A stretch of DNA of 64,000 bases from Verrucomicrobiales bacterium (GTDB lineage: Bacteria; Verrucomicrobiota; Verrucomicrobiia; Verrucomicrobiales; V1-33): positions 5,946-69,945 of the forward strand of contig JANOAV010000044.1 in NCBI GenBank assembly GCA_031411295.1. The letters run 5' to 3'. Under the pieces are notes generated by a model, which worked only from the letters and a program-made list of their open reading frames with translations, was not told the DNA's origin and searched no databases. The translations under genes and the position numbers were made by a program. Shown here piece after piece: positions 43,655-52,973 of this stretch (its first letter is position 1; the number at the start of each line of letters is the position of its first letter).

Positions 43655-43901
43655 TCCTCAATGTCTCACAGCTGATTTGATTTGCAACTTAATTCGCTCC
43701 GGAAAGCATTGTTATGACCGGATTTGACTCTATTAAGCCTTTCAGTTAAGGCGTTTTGTCGATTATTGCGTCACATCGCGTCATCACGGGGATGCCAGGA
43801 TGGTTGCTGCGTTTTGGGTATTTGCAATTTGAGTGCGCCTGATGGATGAACTCTTTCGGTTTTCCATGTAAGAACTGGCCGCGGGATTCGTATCCTCGGC
43901 A

Positions 43902-44900
43902 ATGAAACGTTCGCTCCCTCGTCTTTTGCTCCGTTTATCGCTTTGTCTGCTGGTCCTGAGCGGCACTTTGCTGGCCTATGTAAGTCATCAGGGGGTGCAG
44001 GCGTTGTTGTATCCTGCTCGTCGAGGGCTGGATGATTACCATCGCAGTGTGGTGGCTCAGCCGAAGGATTTCGGGTTTGAGTTGACGTCATTATCCGTCG
44101 AGCGGCCGGGGGGCGTGACGATTGCCGCGCAATACCTCTCGCCACGCCCCGAAATTCTTCCGCAGGTGCAGGCGGATTATCAGCGCCAACTTACCGCTGC
44201 GGGGATGGGTAACCTTCTCCAGTGGGTTCGGCCCCGGGGCACGCTGGTGTTGTTGCACGGGCGGAATTCCTGCAAGGAACACTGGTATCCTGCCGCCGAG
44301 CGTTTTGCCCGCATTGGTTTCAACATCATTCTACTGGACAATCGGGCTCATGGGCAGACTCAAGGCGGTTGCTGCACCTTCGGTTCTCAGGAAGCCGCAG
44401 ACGTTAGTGCGGTGCTGGACGCGGTGGCCGCCCGCTGGGGGCTCCCAGCGGAGGTGGGTGTCATGGGCTACTCGCTGGGTGGTGCCGCAGCCGTTTCCCT
44501 GTTGCCGCACGAGCCACGCGTGAAGTGTGCGGTGCTGGTCAGCGTGTTTGCTGATCTGGAGGAGATCATCGCAGGACCAGCTCGGGCTCGTTTTGGCAGT
44601 TGGAGCGGACTGGCGATGCCCTTTGTGCGGCTGGAAACGCGGTGGCGTGCCGGATTTAGCATGAGTGAAATTTGCCCCTGCCACACCGCTGCGCAGATCA
44701 CCGTGCCGTGCTTGCTGTTCCATGGCGCGCAGGATCAGTTTGTAAAGCCGGAGCATAGTCAGCGGATCCTCGCTGCGCTGAGCAGCAAGCAGAAGCACCT
44801 AACGGAAATTCCAGATGCCGCCCACGCGGACGTCTTCATCAAGGGTGGCAACAAGCTCTATCTGGAAATCACGGCCTTTCTTAAGGAAACGCTCCTATAG
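43902..44900 (+). CDS. Alpha/beta hydrolase, membrane-anchored
   Basis: N-terminal TM segment. LLHGRNS oxyanion region, GYSLGG nucleophile elbow, and a late HGAQDQF…H. Confidence 0.7.
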   Translation: MKRSLPRLLLRLSLCLLVLSGTLLAYVSHQGVQALLYPARRGLDDYHRSVVAQPKDFGFELTSLSVERPGGVTIAAQYLSPRPEILPQVQADYQRQLTAAGMGNLLQWVRPRGTLVLLHGRNSCKEHWYPAAERFARIGFNIILLDNRAHGQTQGGCCTFGSQEAADVSAVLDAVAARWGLPAEVGVMGYSLGGAAAVSLLPHEPRVKCAVLVSVFADLEEIIAGPARARFGSWSGLAMPFVRLETRWRAGFSMSEICPCHTAAQITVPCLLFHGAQDQFVKPEHSQRILAALSSKQKHLTEIPDAAHADVFIKGGNKLYLEITAFLKETLL

Positions 44901-45159
44901 CCTTAGCTTGGGGCCTCGCAATCGTGCCTGTCGTTGACGGTAGGGAAACCCGTGGTCAGCCCAAATCACCACTTTGTGTAAATTTTTTCACTTTTTTACG
45001 AATAAAAACTATTGGGCAACGCTCTAATCAGTAGAGACGAGAGTCTCATCCAACTTAAACCAGCCGCCGCGGCTCATGCCGCGACCGGCCCGGAGCCAAG
45101 ATACGAATCTTCCCCCCGAGATCGGTCACGCGCAGAGAGTCAAGGCAGCATCGCCAGCC

Positions 45160-46110
45160 ATGAATGATCTGCCAATGTATCAAAGATTCCCCACCCGGCC
45201 TCGCATTGGATTGGCTCTGTCCTGCGGAGGTGCTCGTGGTTTGGCTCATGTCGGAGTGATTCAGGTATTGGAGGAAAACGACATTCCGGTCGATGTCATT
45301 GCTGGCACCAGCATGGGAGCCTATGTCGGTTGCTTGTGGGCTGCCGGCTATGATGGGAAGGACCTACAGCGTTTTGCGGCCGAGATCGGCAGCCCGAAGG
45401 ATCTTTGGCGGCGGTTGGATTTGGTGATTCCACCAGTGAAAGGATTGTTCCAAGGCAACGGCATTCGCGAGCGCTTGGAAGCGGCTTTGAAGGGGGCTAC
45501 GTTTGATTGCCTACAGCGGGAACTTCATGTGGTGGCGGCCAATATCGACACCCTGGAACGCAAGGTTTTCTCCGCTGGCGATGTAGCCAGGGCGGTGCAC
45601 GCCAGCTTCGCGATTCCCGGCATTTGTGTCCCGCTGGAAATAGATGGTTTCCGTTATGTGGACGGTGGCATCGTGGATCCATTACCAGTGGGCATTCTCA
45701 CTGGAGCGGGGTGCGATCTAACCATTGCTGTGAGTGTCGTCCCCTCTATTTCCGATGTGCAAATGGCGGGCACGACGGTGGCGGAGGAGGCGCTGCCAAA
45801 CATGCTGGTGCGCAGCCTCCGAGCGATTAATCGTTCGTTCAACGTCTTCGCCCATGGCAACGTCATCGACACCCTCCGACGCTCCATTACCGCTGCGGAA
45901 ATTCGCATGGCGCACACCTCCGCGCGACGCGCCTCCCTAGTGATTCGGCCTGCCGTCACCGGCTCAGCCTGGCATGATTACCATCGGTATCCGAACTACA
46001 TCGAATTGGGGCGGCGGGCGGCGGAAGCCAGCCTCCCAGCCTTGTTTGAACTGCTTTCCAACTATCAACCGAAAGGAGATCGTCATGAAACTACACTCAT
46101 CACCCACTGA
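45160..46110 (+). CDS. Patatin-like phospholipase
   Basis: SCGGARG (oxyanion hole), GTSMG (GxSxG) and VDGG (catalytic Asp) motifs. Start at ATG 45160. Confidence 0.88.
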   Translation: MNDLPMYQRFPTRPRIGLALSCGGARGLAHVGVIQVLEENDIPVDVIAGTSMGAYVGCLWAAGYDGKDLQRFAAEIGSPKDLWRRLDLVIPPVKGLFQGNGIRERLEAALKGATFDCLQRELHVVAANIDTLERKVFSAGDVARAVHASFAIPGICVPLEIDGFRYVDGGIVDPLPVGILTGAGCDLTIAVSVVPSISDVQMAGTTVAEEALPNMLVRSLRAINRSFNVFAHGNVIDTLRRSITAAEIRMAHTSARRASLVIRPAVTGSAWHDYHRYPNYIELGRRAAEASLPALFELLSNYQPKGDRHETTLITH

Positions 46111-47569
46111 TTCATTCCCCGCTCTGGCGCAACATCAGGTCCACCAACTGCGGCATTATTTGAAGACCCGTGTGCTGCCATTTTCCGCGCACTATGGAAA
46201 GCTCATTGCTGAGCATGGCCTGAATGCAGATGACCTGCGCACGGCGGAGGGTTTGGCGGAGATTCCCTTGACTTCGAAACTGGATTTGCTGGGCAATCCT
46301 CGTGAGTTCGTCCTCATCCCTGATCCGCAAATTCTGCGCCACCAACCCGCCACCCTCTGGCGCGCCCTAACGCATGGCAAAGCCTCCACGCTGGCCAGTT
46401 TCGAGCACGAATTCCGTCCGCTGCTGATGACCAGCACCACGGGACGCTCCAGTTCCCCAGTGCCATTTCTTTACACCGCCCATGATTTGGAAATTCTGAC
46501 CATCGCAGGCCGCCGCATCATGGAAAATGGCGGCACGCAGATCGACTGGCGGCATGCCAATTTGTTCCCCTTCGCCCCGCACCTGGCGTTCTGGCAGGCG
46601 CACTATTGCTCCATGGGCTTCGGGGCCTTCATGGTCGGCACCGGCGGTGGTAAGAGCATGGGCACGGAGGGCAACATCGCTCTGATTGACAAGGTGAAAC
46701 CTGAAGTGCTCATCGGCATGCCAACGTTTCTCTATCACATTCTGACCCTCGCAGTGGCAGCTGATCATCATTGGCCACAGTTGCGAATTCTCGTGTTAGG
46801 CGGAGAGAAAGTTCCGCCTGGCATGAGGCGCAAACTGCGGGGACTCTGCGCGGAATTAGGAGCCGGGAAAGTTTCCGTCGTGGTCACCTATGCCTTCACG
46901 GAAGCCAAGATGGCGTGGATCGAATGTCCTACCCCCGAAGGTGCAACACCCGCTGGCTATCATCTGTCCCCTGATCTCGGAATCATGGAAATCATCGATC
47001 CCATGACCGGTGAGAAACAAGGACTCAATCAGCCGGGAGAGATCGTTTACACGCCGCTGGATGCGCGTGGCACCGTCGTCATTCGCTATCGCACCGGGGA
47101 TCGCACGGACGGCGGATTGGCCTACGGAAAATGCCCGCACTGTGGTCGCGTGAGTTTGCGACTAACCGGAAACATTTCTCGCGTCAGCGAAATCCGTTCA
47201 CTGCGGATGGATAAACTCAAGGGCACGCTGGTGGACTTCAATGCCTTGGAGCATGTGCTCGATGACATTGATGGCATTGGGGCCTGGCAGATTGAATTGC
47301 GCAAAGCCAATGACGATCCCTACGAGCAGGACCAAGTCATCGTCCACGCTTCCGCCAGTCCCCAGGCGCAACGCACGGGCTTGGAGCATGAAATTTTAAC
47401 CCGCTTCCTCACCACCGCCGAACTTCGGCCGAACCGCATCGAATGGCACAGCAATGATACCATGAGCGAGCTTCAAGGCGTTGGTCGTGCGCTGAAGGAA
47501 GAGAAACTCGTCGATCACCGACCTGCCGTATCCAGTCCTCGGCCAGAGATCCTAACACCCCATTCCTAG
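46085..47569 (+). CDS. Adenylate-forming enzyme of the PaaK / coenzyme F390 synthetase-like family
   Basis: GGAG Shine-Dalgarno before ATG 46085. TSTTGRSSSPVPF (P-loop variant), YRTGD, and an inserted CPHCGR zinc-ribbon-like element. Confidence 0.7.
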   Translation: MKLHSSPTDSFPALAQHQVHQLRHYLKTRVLPFSAHYGKLIAEHGLNADDLRTAEGLAEIPLTSKLDLLGNPREFVLIPDPQILRHQPATLWRALTHGKASTLASFEHEFRPLLMTSTTGRSSSPVPFLYTAHDLEILTIAGRRIMENGGTQIDWRHANLFPFAPHLAFWQAHYCSMGFGAFMVGTGGGKSMGTEGNIALIDKVKPEVLIGMPTFLYHILTLAVAADHHWPQLRILVLGGEKVPPGMRRKLRGLCAELGAGKVSVVVTYAFTEAKMAWIECPTPEGATPAGYHLSPDLGIMEIIDPMTGEKQGLNQPGEIVYTPLDARGTVVIRYRTGDRTDGGLAYGKCPHCGRVSLRLTGNISRVSEIRSLRMDKLKGTLVDFNALEHVLDDIDGIGAWQIELRKANDDPYEQDQVIVHASASPQAQRTGLEHEILTRFLTTAELRPNRIEWHSNDTMSELQGVGRALKEEKLVDHRPAVSSPRPEILTPHS

Positions 47570-47596
47570 TTCATTTCACTTCACCCCTAATTAATC

Positions 47597-48808
47597 ATGA
47601 AAACCGCAGTCATCGTCGATGGACTCCGCACTCCCTTCTGCAAGGCCGGCAGCGCCTATGCGGGACTGAGTGCGGCTGATCTTGGCCGTCAGGTCACAGT
47701 CGCTTTACTCGCCCGCACCGGCTTGGATCCGGCCATGATTGACCATGTCATCTTCGGATGCGTCAGCCAGCCTGCCGATACCGCTAACATCGCCCGTATT
47801 ATCGCGCTGCGCAGTGGTATCCCGGAGCACGTTCCAGCGCTCACCGTGCATCGCAATTGCGCGTCCGGCATGGAAGCCGTGACCACCGCCGTGGAAAAAC
47901 TCGCGGCCGGACAGGGCGAAATTTTCCTGATTGGCGGAACGGAAAGCATGAGTCATCTGCCGCTCCTGTATAACGCCAGCAGCACTGCGAAATTTAGTAA
48001 ACTCGCGCGCGCCAAATCGCGCAGCAATCGGCTGCGGGCACTGGCGGGATTTCGTCCAAGCGATTTCTCGCCCATCCCTGCCCTGAAGCTAGGCCTGACA
48101 GATCCAGTCGCTGGGCTGAACATGGGGGAAACGGCCGAGATCCTCGCACGCGAATTTTCCCTCACACGACACGATCAGGATGCCTACGCCATGCGCTCCC
48201 ATCACCGCGCCAGTGCGGCCGTCGCCCAACTAGCTGCGGAGATCACGCCAGTCTTCGTGAACGGCCAAGCCATTACAGCCGATAACGGCATCCGGCCAGA
48301 TTCAAGCATGGAAGCCCTCGCGAAGCTTTCTCCCGTCTTCACGAAAGATTGTGGCACGGTCACGGCGGGCAACTCCTCCCAGATCAGCGATGGTGCTGTC
48401 GCGCTGTTAGTTATGAGTGAAGATCGCGCCAACGCCTTGGGATTGGAACCGCTGGGCCGCATCGAACGCTACGCCTATGCTGGTTGCGATCCCCGCCGCA
48501 TGGGCCTCGGCCCCGTTCATGCCATCGCCAAAGCGGGGCGCTTACTAGCGGATGCGGAAGTCATCGAAATCAACGAGGCCTTTGCCGCGCAAACGTTGGC
48601 CGTCGTGAAGGCTCTCGGTGGGCTGCCGGAGGAAATTTACAATCCCAACGGCGGAGCCATCGCGCTGGGGCATCCGGTCGGTGCCAGTGGGGCCCGCCTC
48701 ATTCTCACTTGTCTCCATGAACTCAAACGCCGTCAAGCTCACACCGGACTCGCCACGCTGTGCGTGGGCGGAGGTCAGGGTGGGGCCGTGTGGCTCGAAA
48801 GGAACTAA
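47597..48808 (+). CDS. Acetyl-CoA acyltransferase (thiolase)
   Basis: NCASGMEAV (Cys nucleophile), GGAIALGHPVGASG and CVGGGQG motifs. Confidence 0.9.
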   Translation: MKTAVIVDGLRTPFCKAGSAYAGLSAADLGRQVTVALLARTGLDPAMIDHVIFGCVSQPADTANIARIIALRSGIPEHVPALTVHRNCASGMEAVTTAVEKLAAGQGEIFLIGGTESMSHLPLLYNASSTAKFSKLARAKSRSNRLRALAGFRPSDFSPIPALKLGLTDPVAGLNMGETAEILAREFSLTRHDQDAYAMRSHHRASAAVAQLAAEITPVFVNGQAITADNGIRPDSSMEALAKLSPVFTKDCGTVTAGNSSQISDGAVALLVMSEDRANALGLEPLGRIERYAYAGCDPRRMGLGPVHAIAKAGRLLADAEVIEINEAFAAQTLAVVKALGGLPEEIYNPNGGAIALGHPVGASGARLILTCLHELKRRQAHTGLATLCVGGGQGGAVWLERN

Positions 48809-48812
48809 CCCT

Positions 48813-51029
48813 ATGAAAACAACCCTAACTACTGCTTCCGTGATCACGCCCGATGCCTTGCAACGTTTGGTGGATGATCAAGGAATCTGCCATCTCATCT
48901 TCGACACGCCCGGCAGTGTCGCCAATATTTTCACCCGGGAAACCATGGCCCAACTGGAAAGCCATCTCCGCTGGGTGGCGCAACAGCAGGATCTCAAAGG
49001 ACTGCTGCTGCGCAGTGCCAAGCCTAAGATCTTCATTGCGGGAGCGGACCTCAACACCATGCTGGCCAGCTCGCCAGAGTCGTTAGGTGAACTGATCACC
49101 ACAGGGCAACGGGTGTTCTCACTGCTGGCCAATCTTTCCCTGCCCAAAGCCGCCGCCATTCACGGAGCCTGCCTCGGAGGCGGCTTCGAGCTGGCCTTGG
49201 CGTGTGATTACCGCATCGCCAGCGATGACCCAGCCACCCGCATCGGCCTGCCGGAAACCCAACTGGGCCTAGTGCCGGCATGGGGCGGATGCACGCGCCT
49301 GCCCCGCCTCATCGGAGTGCGTGGGGCTTGCCAGGTCATTCTTAAAGGGACCGCTTTCACGGCCTTTATGGCGCAGAAGCATGGTTTGATTGATGCCGTG
49401 GTGCCCGCCCATTGCTTGCTGCAACGCGCCATCCAATGGCTGTTGCATCCGGTTAGTGCAAATCGCCACGGCACCATGGATCGTTTTGTGGCCCCGGTGA
49501 TTCGCAGTCTTACCCGAGGCCATTTACAACGCAGCACGCATGGAAATTATCCCGCCCTGCCCGCTGCGCTGGATCTCATCAGCAAGGCCCCGTGGCGCTC
49601 CGTCGAAGCATCCCTGGCCGCAGAGCGCAAGACCTTTGAGACCCTGATGGCCTTGCCTGGCAGTCGTAATTTGATCCGCCTGTTCTTCGCCAGAGAACGC
49701 GCCAAGAAGTTGCGCGTGCCTGGGGTGGCGCGGAAAATTCAGCACGTGGCCATCTTGGGCGCTGGGGTCATGGGATGCGGCATTGCTTACTGGCTCAGCT
49801 CGCGCGGCTTGTCCGTGCAACTCACAGACATCAATGCCGCCGCGCTGGCCAAAGCGGAAGCCCGCCTGCGCCAATCCTGCACCGAAGCGGTCAGTCGTCA
49901 TTTACGGACCCGCACTGAAGCGCAGGCGGTGATGGATCGCATCGTGCTCGCGACCAATGAGGTTTCCTTTAAAAAGGTGGACCTTATCATCGAAGCCGCC
50001 GTGGAAGATCCCGCCATCAAACGCGCTCTCTTTACCAGCCTGAGACCACACCTAAGCCCCACCGCATTGATCGCGACCAACACATCTGCGATCCCACTGG
50101 GAGGCTTGTGGGACAGCACTCAGGCCGTGGAGGGCGACGTTAGGAGACCCGCGCCACGCCAAGCTGATTCTCCTGTGCCTGATTCCGGTCTCGTGACCTC
50201 GCCCTCCACGGAGCGAGCCCTCAAACCAATTGCAGGGATCGCCAACTTCCTTGGACTGCATTTCTTCAATCCAGTTCACGCCATGCCGCTGGTGGAAATT
50301 GTCCGCCCCCCTCACACCAGCGACGATGCCGTCGCCACCGCCGTGGAGTTTGTGAAAGCGATCGGGAAATTGCCAATCGTCGTAAAAGATAGTCCCGGAT
50401 TCCTCGTCAATCGCGTGCTCATGCCCTGCCTGCTGGAAGCCGCCCGCATGGTGGAAAACGGTGCCAGCATCGCCAGCGTGGACAGTGGCATGCTGACCTT
50501 TGGCATGCCCATGGGGCCGCTGCGCTTGCTGGATGAAGTGGGCTTGGATGTCGCCCTGCATGTGGTGAAAACTCTGGCCGCAGCCTTTCCCCATACTGCC
50601 AACGTGCCCGCTTGGATCGAGCAACGCGTGCAATCGGGGGCGCTTGGTCGCAAGAGTGGTCATGGATACTATTTATATAGTGAAGGCAAGGAACCGGTGC
50701 CCGCTGATCATGCCAAAATTCGCCCGCGCGATATTACGGAAGCGCAACGTCGTTTACCCTTGCTCCTTACAAATGAAGCCGCGCGTTGTCTCGACGAAGG
50801 GATTGCCGCCACCGCTGAGGACATTGATCTCGGCATGGTGTTAGGCACGGGCTACGCTCCATTTCGCGGAGGCCCGCTGCGTCATGCTGATGCGCTGGGC
50901 CTGGAAACTACGCTGCGCTCCCTGCAAGCCTTGGAGGCTGAATCTGGATCGCTCTACACTCCGGCCCACGGTCTGGTGACCCGGGCCCTGAACCACCTCA
51001 CCTATTACCCAGAGGACCCCACAAAATGA
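48813..51029 (+). CDS. Bifunctional enoyl-CoA hydratase / 3-hydroxyacyl-CoA dehydrogenase (FadB/FadJ-like)
   Basis: Crotonase region FIAGADL…GGGFELALACD. NAD-binding VAILGAGVMGCGIA. HFFNPVHAMPLVEIV. Start at ATG 48813. Confidence 0.9.
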   Translation: MKTTLTTASVITPDALQRLVDDQGICHLIFDTPGSVANIFTRETMAQLESHLRWVAQQQDLKGLLLRSAKPKIFIAGADLNTMLASSPESLGELITTGQRVFSLLANLSLPKAAAIHGACLGGGFELALACDYRIASDDPATRIGLPETQLGLVPAWGGCTRLPRLIGVRGACQVILKGTAFTAFMAQKHGLIDAVVPAHCLLQRAIQWLLHPVSANRHGTMDRFVAPVIRSLTRGHLQRSTHGNYPALPAALDLISKAPWRSVEASLAAERKTFETLMALPGSRNLIRLFFARERAKKLRVPGVARKIQHVAILGAGVMGCGIAYWLSSRGLSVQLTDINAAALAKAEARLRQSCTEAVSRHLRTRTEAQAVMDRIVLATNEVSFKKVDLIIEAAVEDPAIKRALFTSLRPHLSPTALIATNTSAIPLGGLWDSTQAVEGDVRRPAPRQADSPVPDSGLVTSPSTERALKPIAGIANFLGLHFFNPVHAMPLVEIVRPPHTSDDAVATAVEFVKAIGKLPIVVKDSPGFLVNRVLMPCLLEAARMVENGASIASVDSGMLTFGMPMGPLRLLDEVGLDVALHVVKTLAAAFPHTANVPAWIEQRVQSGALGRKSGHGYYLYSEGKEPVPADHAKIRPRDITEAQRRLPLLLTNEAARCLDEGIAATAEDIDLGMVLGTGYAPFRGGPLRHADALGLETTLRSLQALEAESGSLYTPAHGLVTRALNHLTYYPEDPTK
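50125..50211. repeat. Inverted-repeat-bounded segment inside the fadB/J-like gene
   Basis: CCGTGGAGGGCGA (50125-50137) against TCGCCCTCCACGG (50199-50211), a perfect 13-bp inverted repeat. It lies within a P/S/T-rich stretch of about 37 aa that is absent from E. coli FadB as I recall it. Confidence 0.65.
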
Positions 51030-52855
51030 AAACCATCCCTGAATCCACCACTGTCATCGACACCTCGAAAATGTCCACCGGCCAACGCGCGGCGTTGGAA
51101 ACTGCCGAGGCAGCACGTGAAAGCATCAGCGGACGCAGCTTTGCGGCATCGCTCTTTCTGGGCCGACCCAATTTCGCCAAAGCGATGATTTTTCCCACGC
51201 AATCATTGGAAGATCGCGATCAAGGGGACGCGTTCCTAACGCGCCTTGAAGGCATCCTCCAAACGGCCGATCCTGACATGATTGATCGCGAGGGCGAAAT
51301 CCCAGATCACGTGCTGCAAGGACTGGCGGGCATCGGGGCCTTTGGCATCAAGATCCCTCGCTGCTACGGCGGACTGGGACTCTCACAAACCAACTACAGC
51401 CGGGCCGCCATGCGCCTGGGTGCCTTCTGTGGCAATCTCACTGCCCTGCTCTCCGCGCACCAATCCATCGGCGTGCCCCAACCGCTGTTAATGTTCGGCA
51501 CGTCAGAGCAAAAGCAACAATTTCTGCCACGCTGTGCCGCAGGGGAAATCAGCGCCTTTGCGCTTACAGAGCCCGATGTCGGCAGCGATCCCGCCCGCAT
51601 GAAGACCACTGCCATTCCCACGGAAGATGGATCTGCGTTTCTCATCAATGGCGAGAAACTCTGGTGCACCAACGGCACCAAGGCTGGCCTGCTGGTCGTC
51701 ATGGCCCGCACGCCAGCCTCGGATACGGACTTGGCCAGTGGCAAGACGCCCATCACCGCGTTTATTGTGGAAGCCAACTCACCGGGACTCAAAATCGTGC
51801 GGCGTTGTCGTTTCATGGGCCTGCGGGCGCTTTACAATGCGGTTATTGAGTTTCGTGACGTCCGGGTGCCACGAGAGAATATTGTGCTAGGCGAAGGCAA
51901 GGGCCTCCGCGTGGCGCTGAGCACCTTGAACATCGGCCGCATCACCCTGCCCGCTGCCTGTGCCGGGGCCGCGCGACGCTGTTTGGAAATCGCCACCCGC
52001 TGGGCCAGCCAGCGCGAACAATGGGGTGCCCGCATCGGAGATCACGCGGCCATTGCGGGGAAAATCGCCCGCATGTCCGCGCACACCTTCGCGATGGAGA
52101 GCTTGGTTTACTACGTTAGCGCACTGGCGGAACAAAAAGCGGACGTCCGCCTGGAAGCCGCTCTCGCCAAGCTTTGGGGCACCGAGCGCGCCTGGGAGAT
52201 CGTCAATGACACCATGCAAATCCGCGGTGGCCGTGGCTACGAAACTGCCGACAGTCTCCGCGCCCGAGGCGAAGCCCCGGAACCCGTGGAGCGTTTCCTA
52301 CGCGATGCCCGCATCAACACCATCTTCGAAGGCAGCAGCGAAATCATGCGTCTGTTCATCGCCCGGGAAGCTCTCGATCCCCATCTGCAAGCTGGAGCTC
52401 CGTTGCTGGATACTCGCTTGCCGTGGAAACAACGCCTGGCCGCCGTGCCTGCGGCAGTGAAATTTTACCTACCTCATCTCGCCAGTATTTTCTTTCCCTA
52501 CCAAGGCATTCCCGAGGTCGGCCCCTTCCGTGCCGAAGCCCGCAAGATCGCCAAACTCAGCCGTCGCCTAGCCCGCGCCATGCTTATGGCCCTGGCGAAA
52601 TTCGGCCCCAAACTCGACCGTCAACAACTCGTGTTAGCCCGACTCGTCGATGCCGCCGCCGAACTCCTCGCAGCCACTGCCAGCATTGCCCACGGCAAAT
52701 ATTTGCTGGAAACCAAGGAGGAGGAATCCACGCTCCCAACCGTCAAACACCTCTGCCATCTGGCCTTCCAAAAGGCCGAAGAGTTGCTGCAACACCCCAC
52801 GCTCCCGAGTGATGGCGAGGGATACAAACTGGCGCAGGGGTTACTGCGGGGGTGA
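51026..52855 (+). CDS. Long acyl-CoA dehydrogenase (FadE-like)
   Basis: ATGA overlap with the upstream gene. YGGLGLS, ALTEPDVGSDPARMKT and QIRGGRGYET motifs. Confidence 0.88.
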   Translation: MKTIPESTTVIDTSKMSTGQRAALETAEAARESISGRSFAASLFLGRPNFAKAMIFPTQSLEDRDQGDAFLTRLEGILQTADPDMIDREGEIPDHVLQGLAGIGAFGIKIPRCYGGLGLSQTNYSRAAMRLGAFCGNLTALLSAHQSIGVPQPLLMFGTSEQKQQFLPRCAAGEISAFALTEPDVGSDPARMKTTAIPTEDGSAFLINGEKLWCTNGTKAGLLVVMARTPASDTDLASGKTPITAFIVEANSPGLKIVRRCRFMGLRALYNAVIEFRDVRVPRENIVLGEGKGLRVALSTLNIGRITLPAACAGAARRCLEIATRWASQREQWGARIGDHAAIAGKIARMSAHTFAMESLVYYVSALAEQKADVRLEAALAKLWGTERAWEIVNDTMQIRGGRGYETADSLRARGEAPEPVERFLRDARINTIFEGSSEIMRLFIAREALDPHLQAGAPLLDTRLPWKQRLAAVPAAVKFYLPHLASIFFPYQGIPEVGPFRAEARKIAKLSRRLARAMLMALAKFGPKLDRQQLVLARLVDAAAELLAATASIAHGKYLLETKEEESTLPTVKHLCHLAFQKAEELLQHPTLPSDGEGYKLAQGLLRG

Positions 52856-52973
52856 ACAATAAAGCGAGGGATTCGATCTTGGCATCGCGAACAAATTTTC
52901 TACCAAAGTTGCAATTTGGGTCTCGACCCTGCCCAAGGAATACAGCAAAACTGAGGACAAAGAAAAGTAAACC

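Noticed and set aside
44960-45000. GTAAA-N12-TTTAC inverted repeat upstream of the patatin operon, considered as a FadR-type operator.
   Set aside because: It has only 5-bp arms in an AT-rich stretch, which is easily explained by chance.
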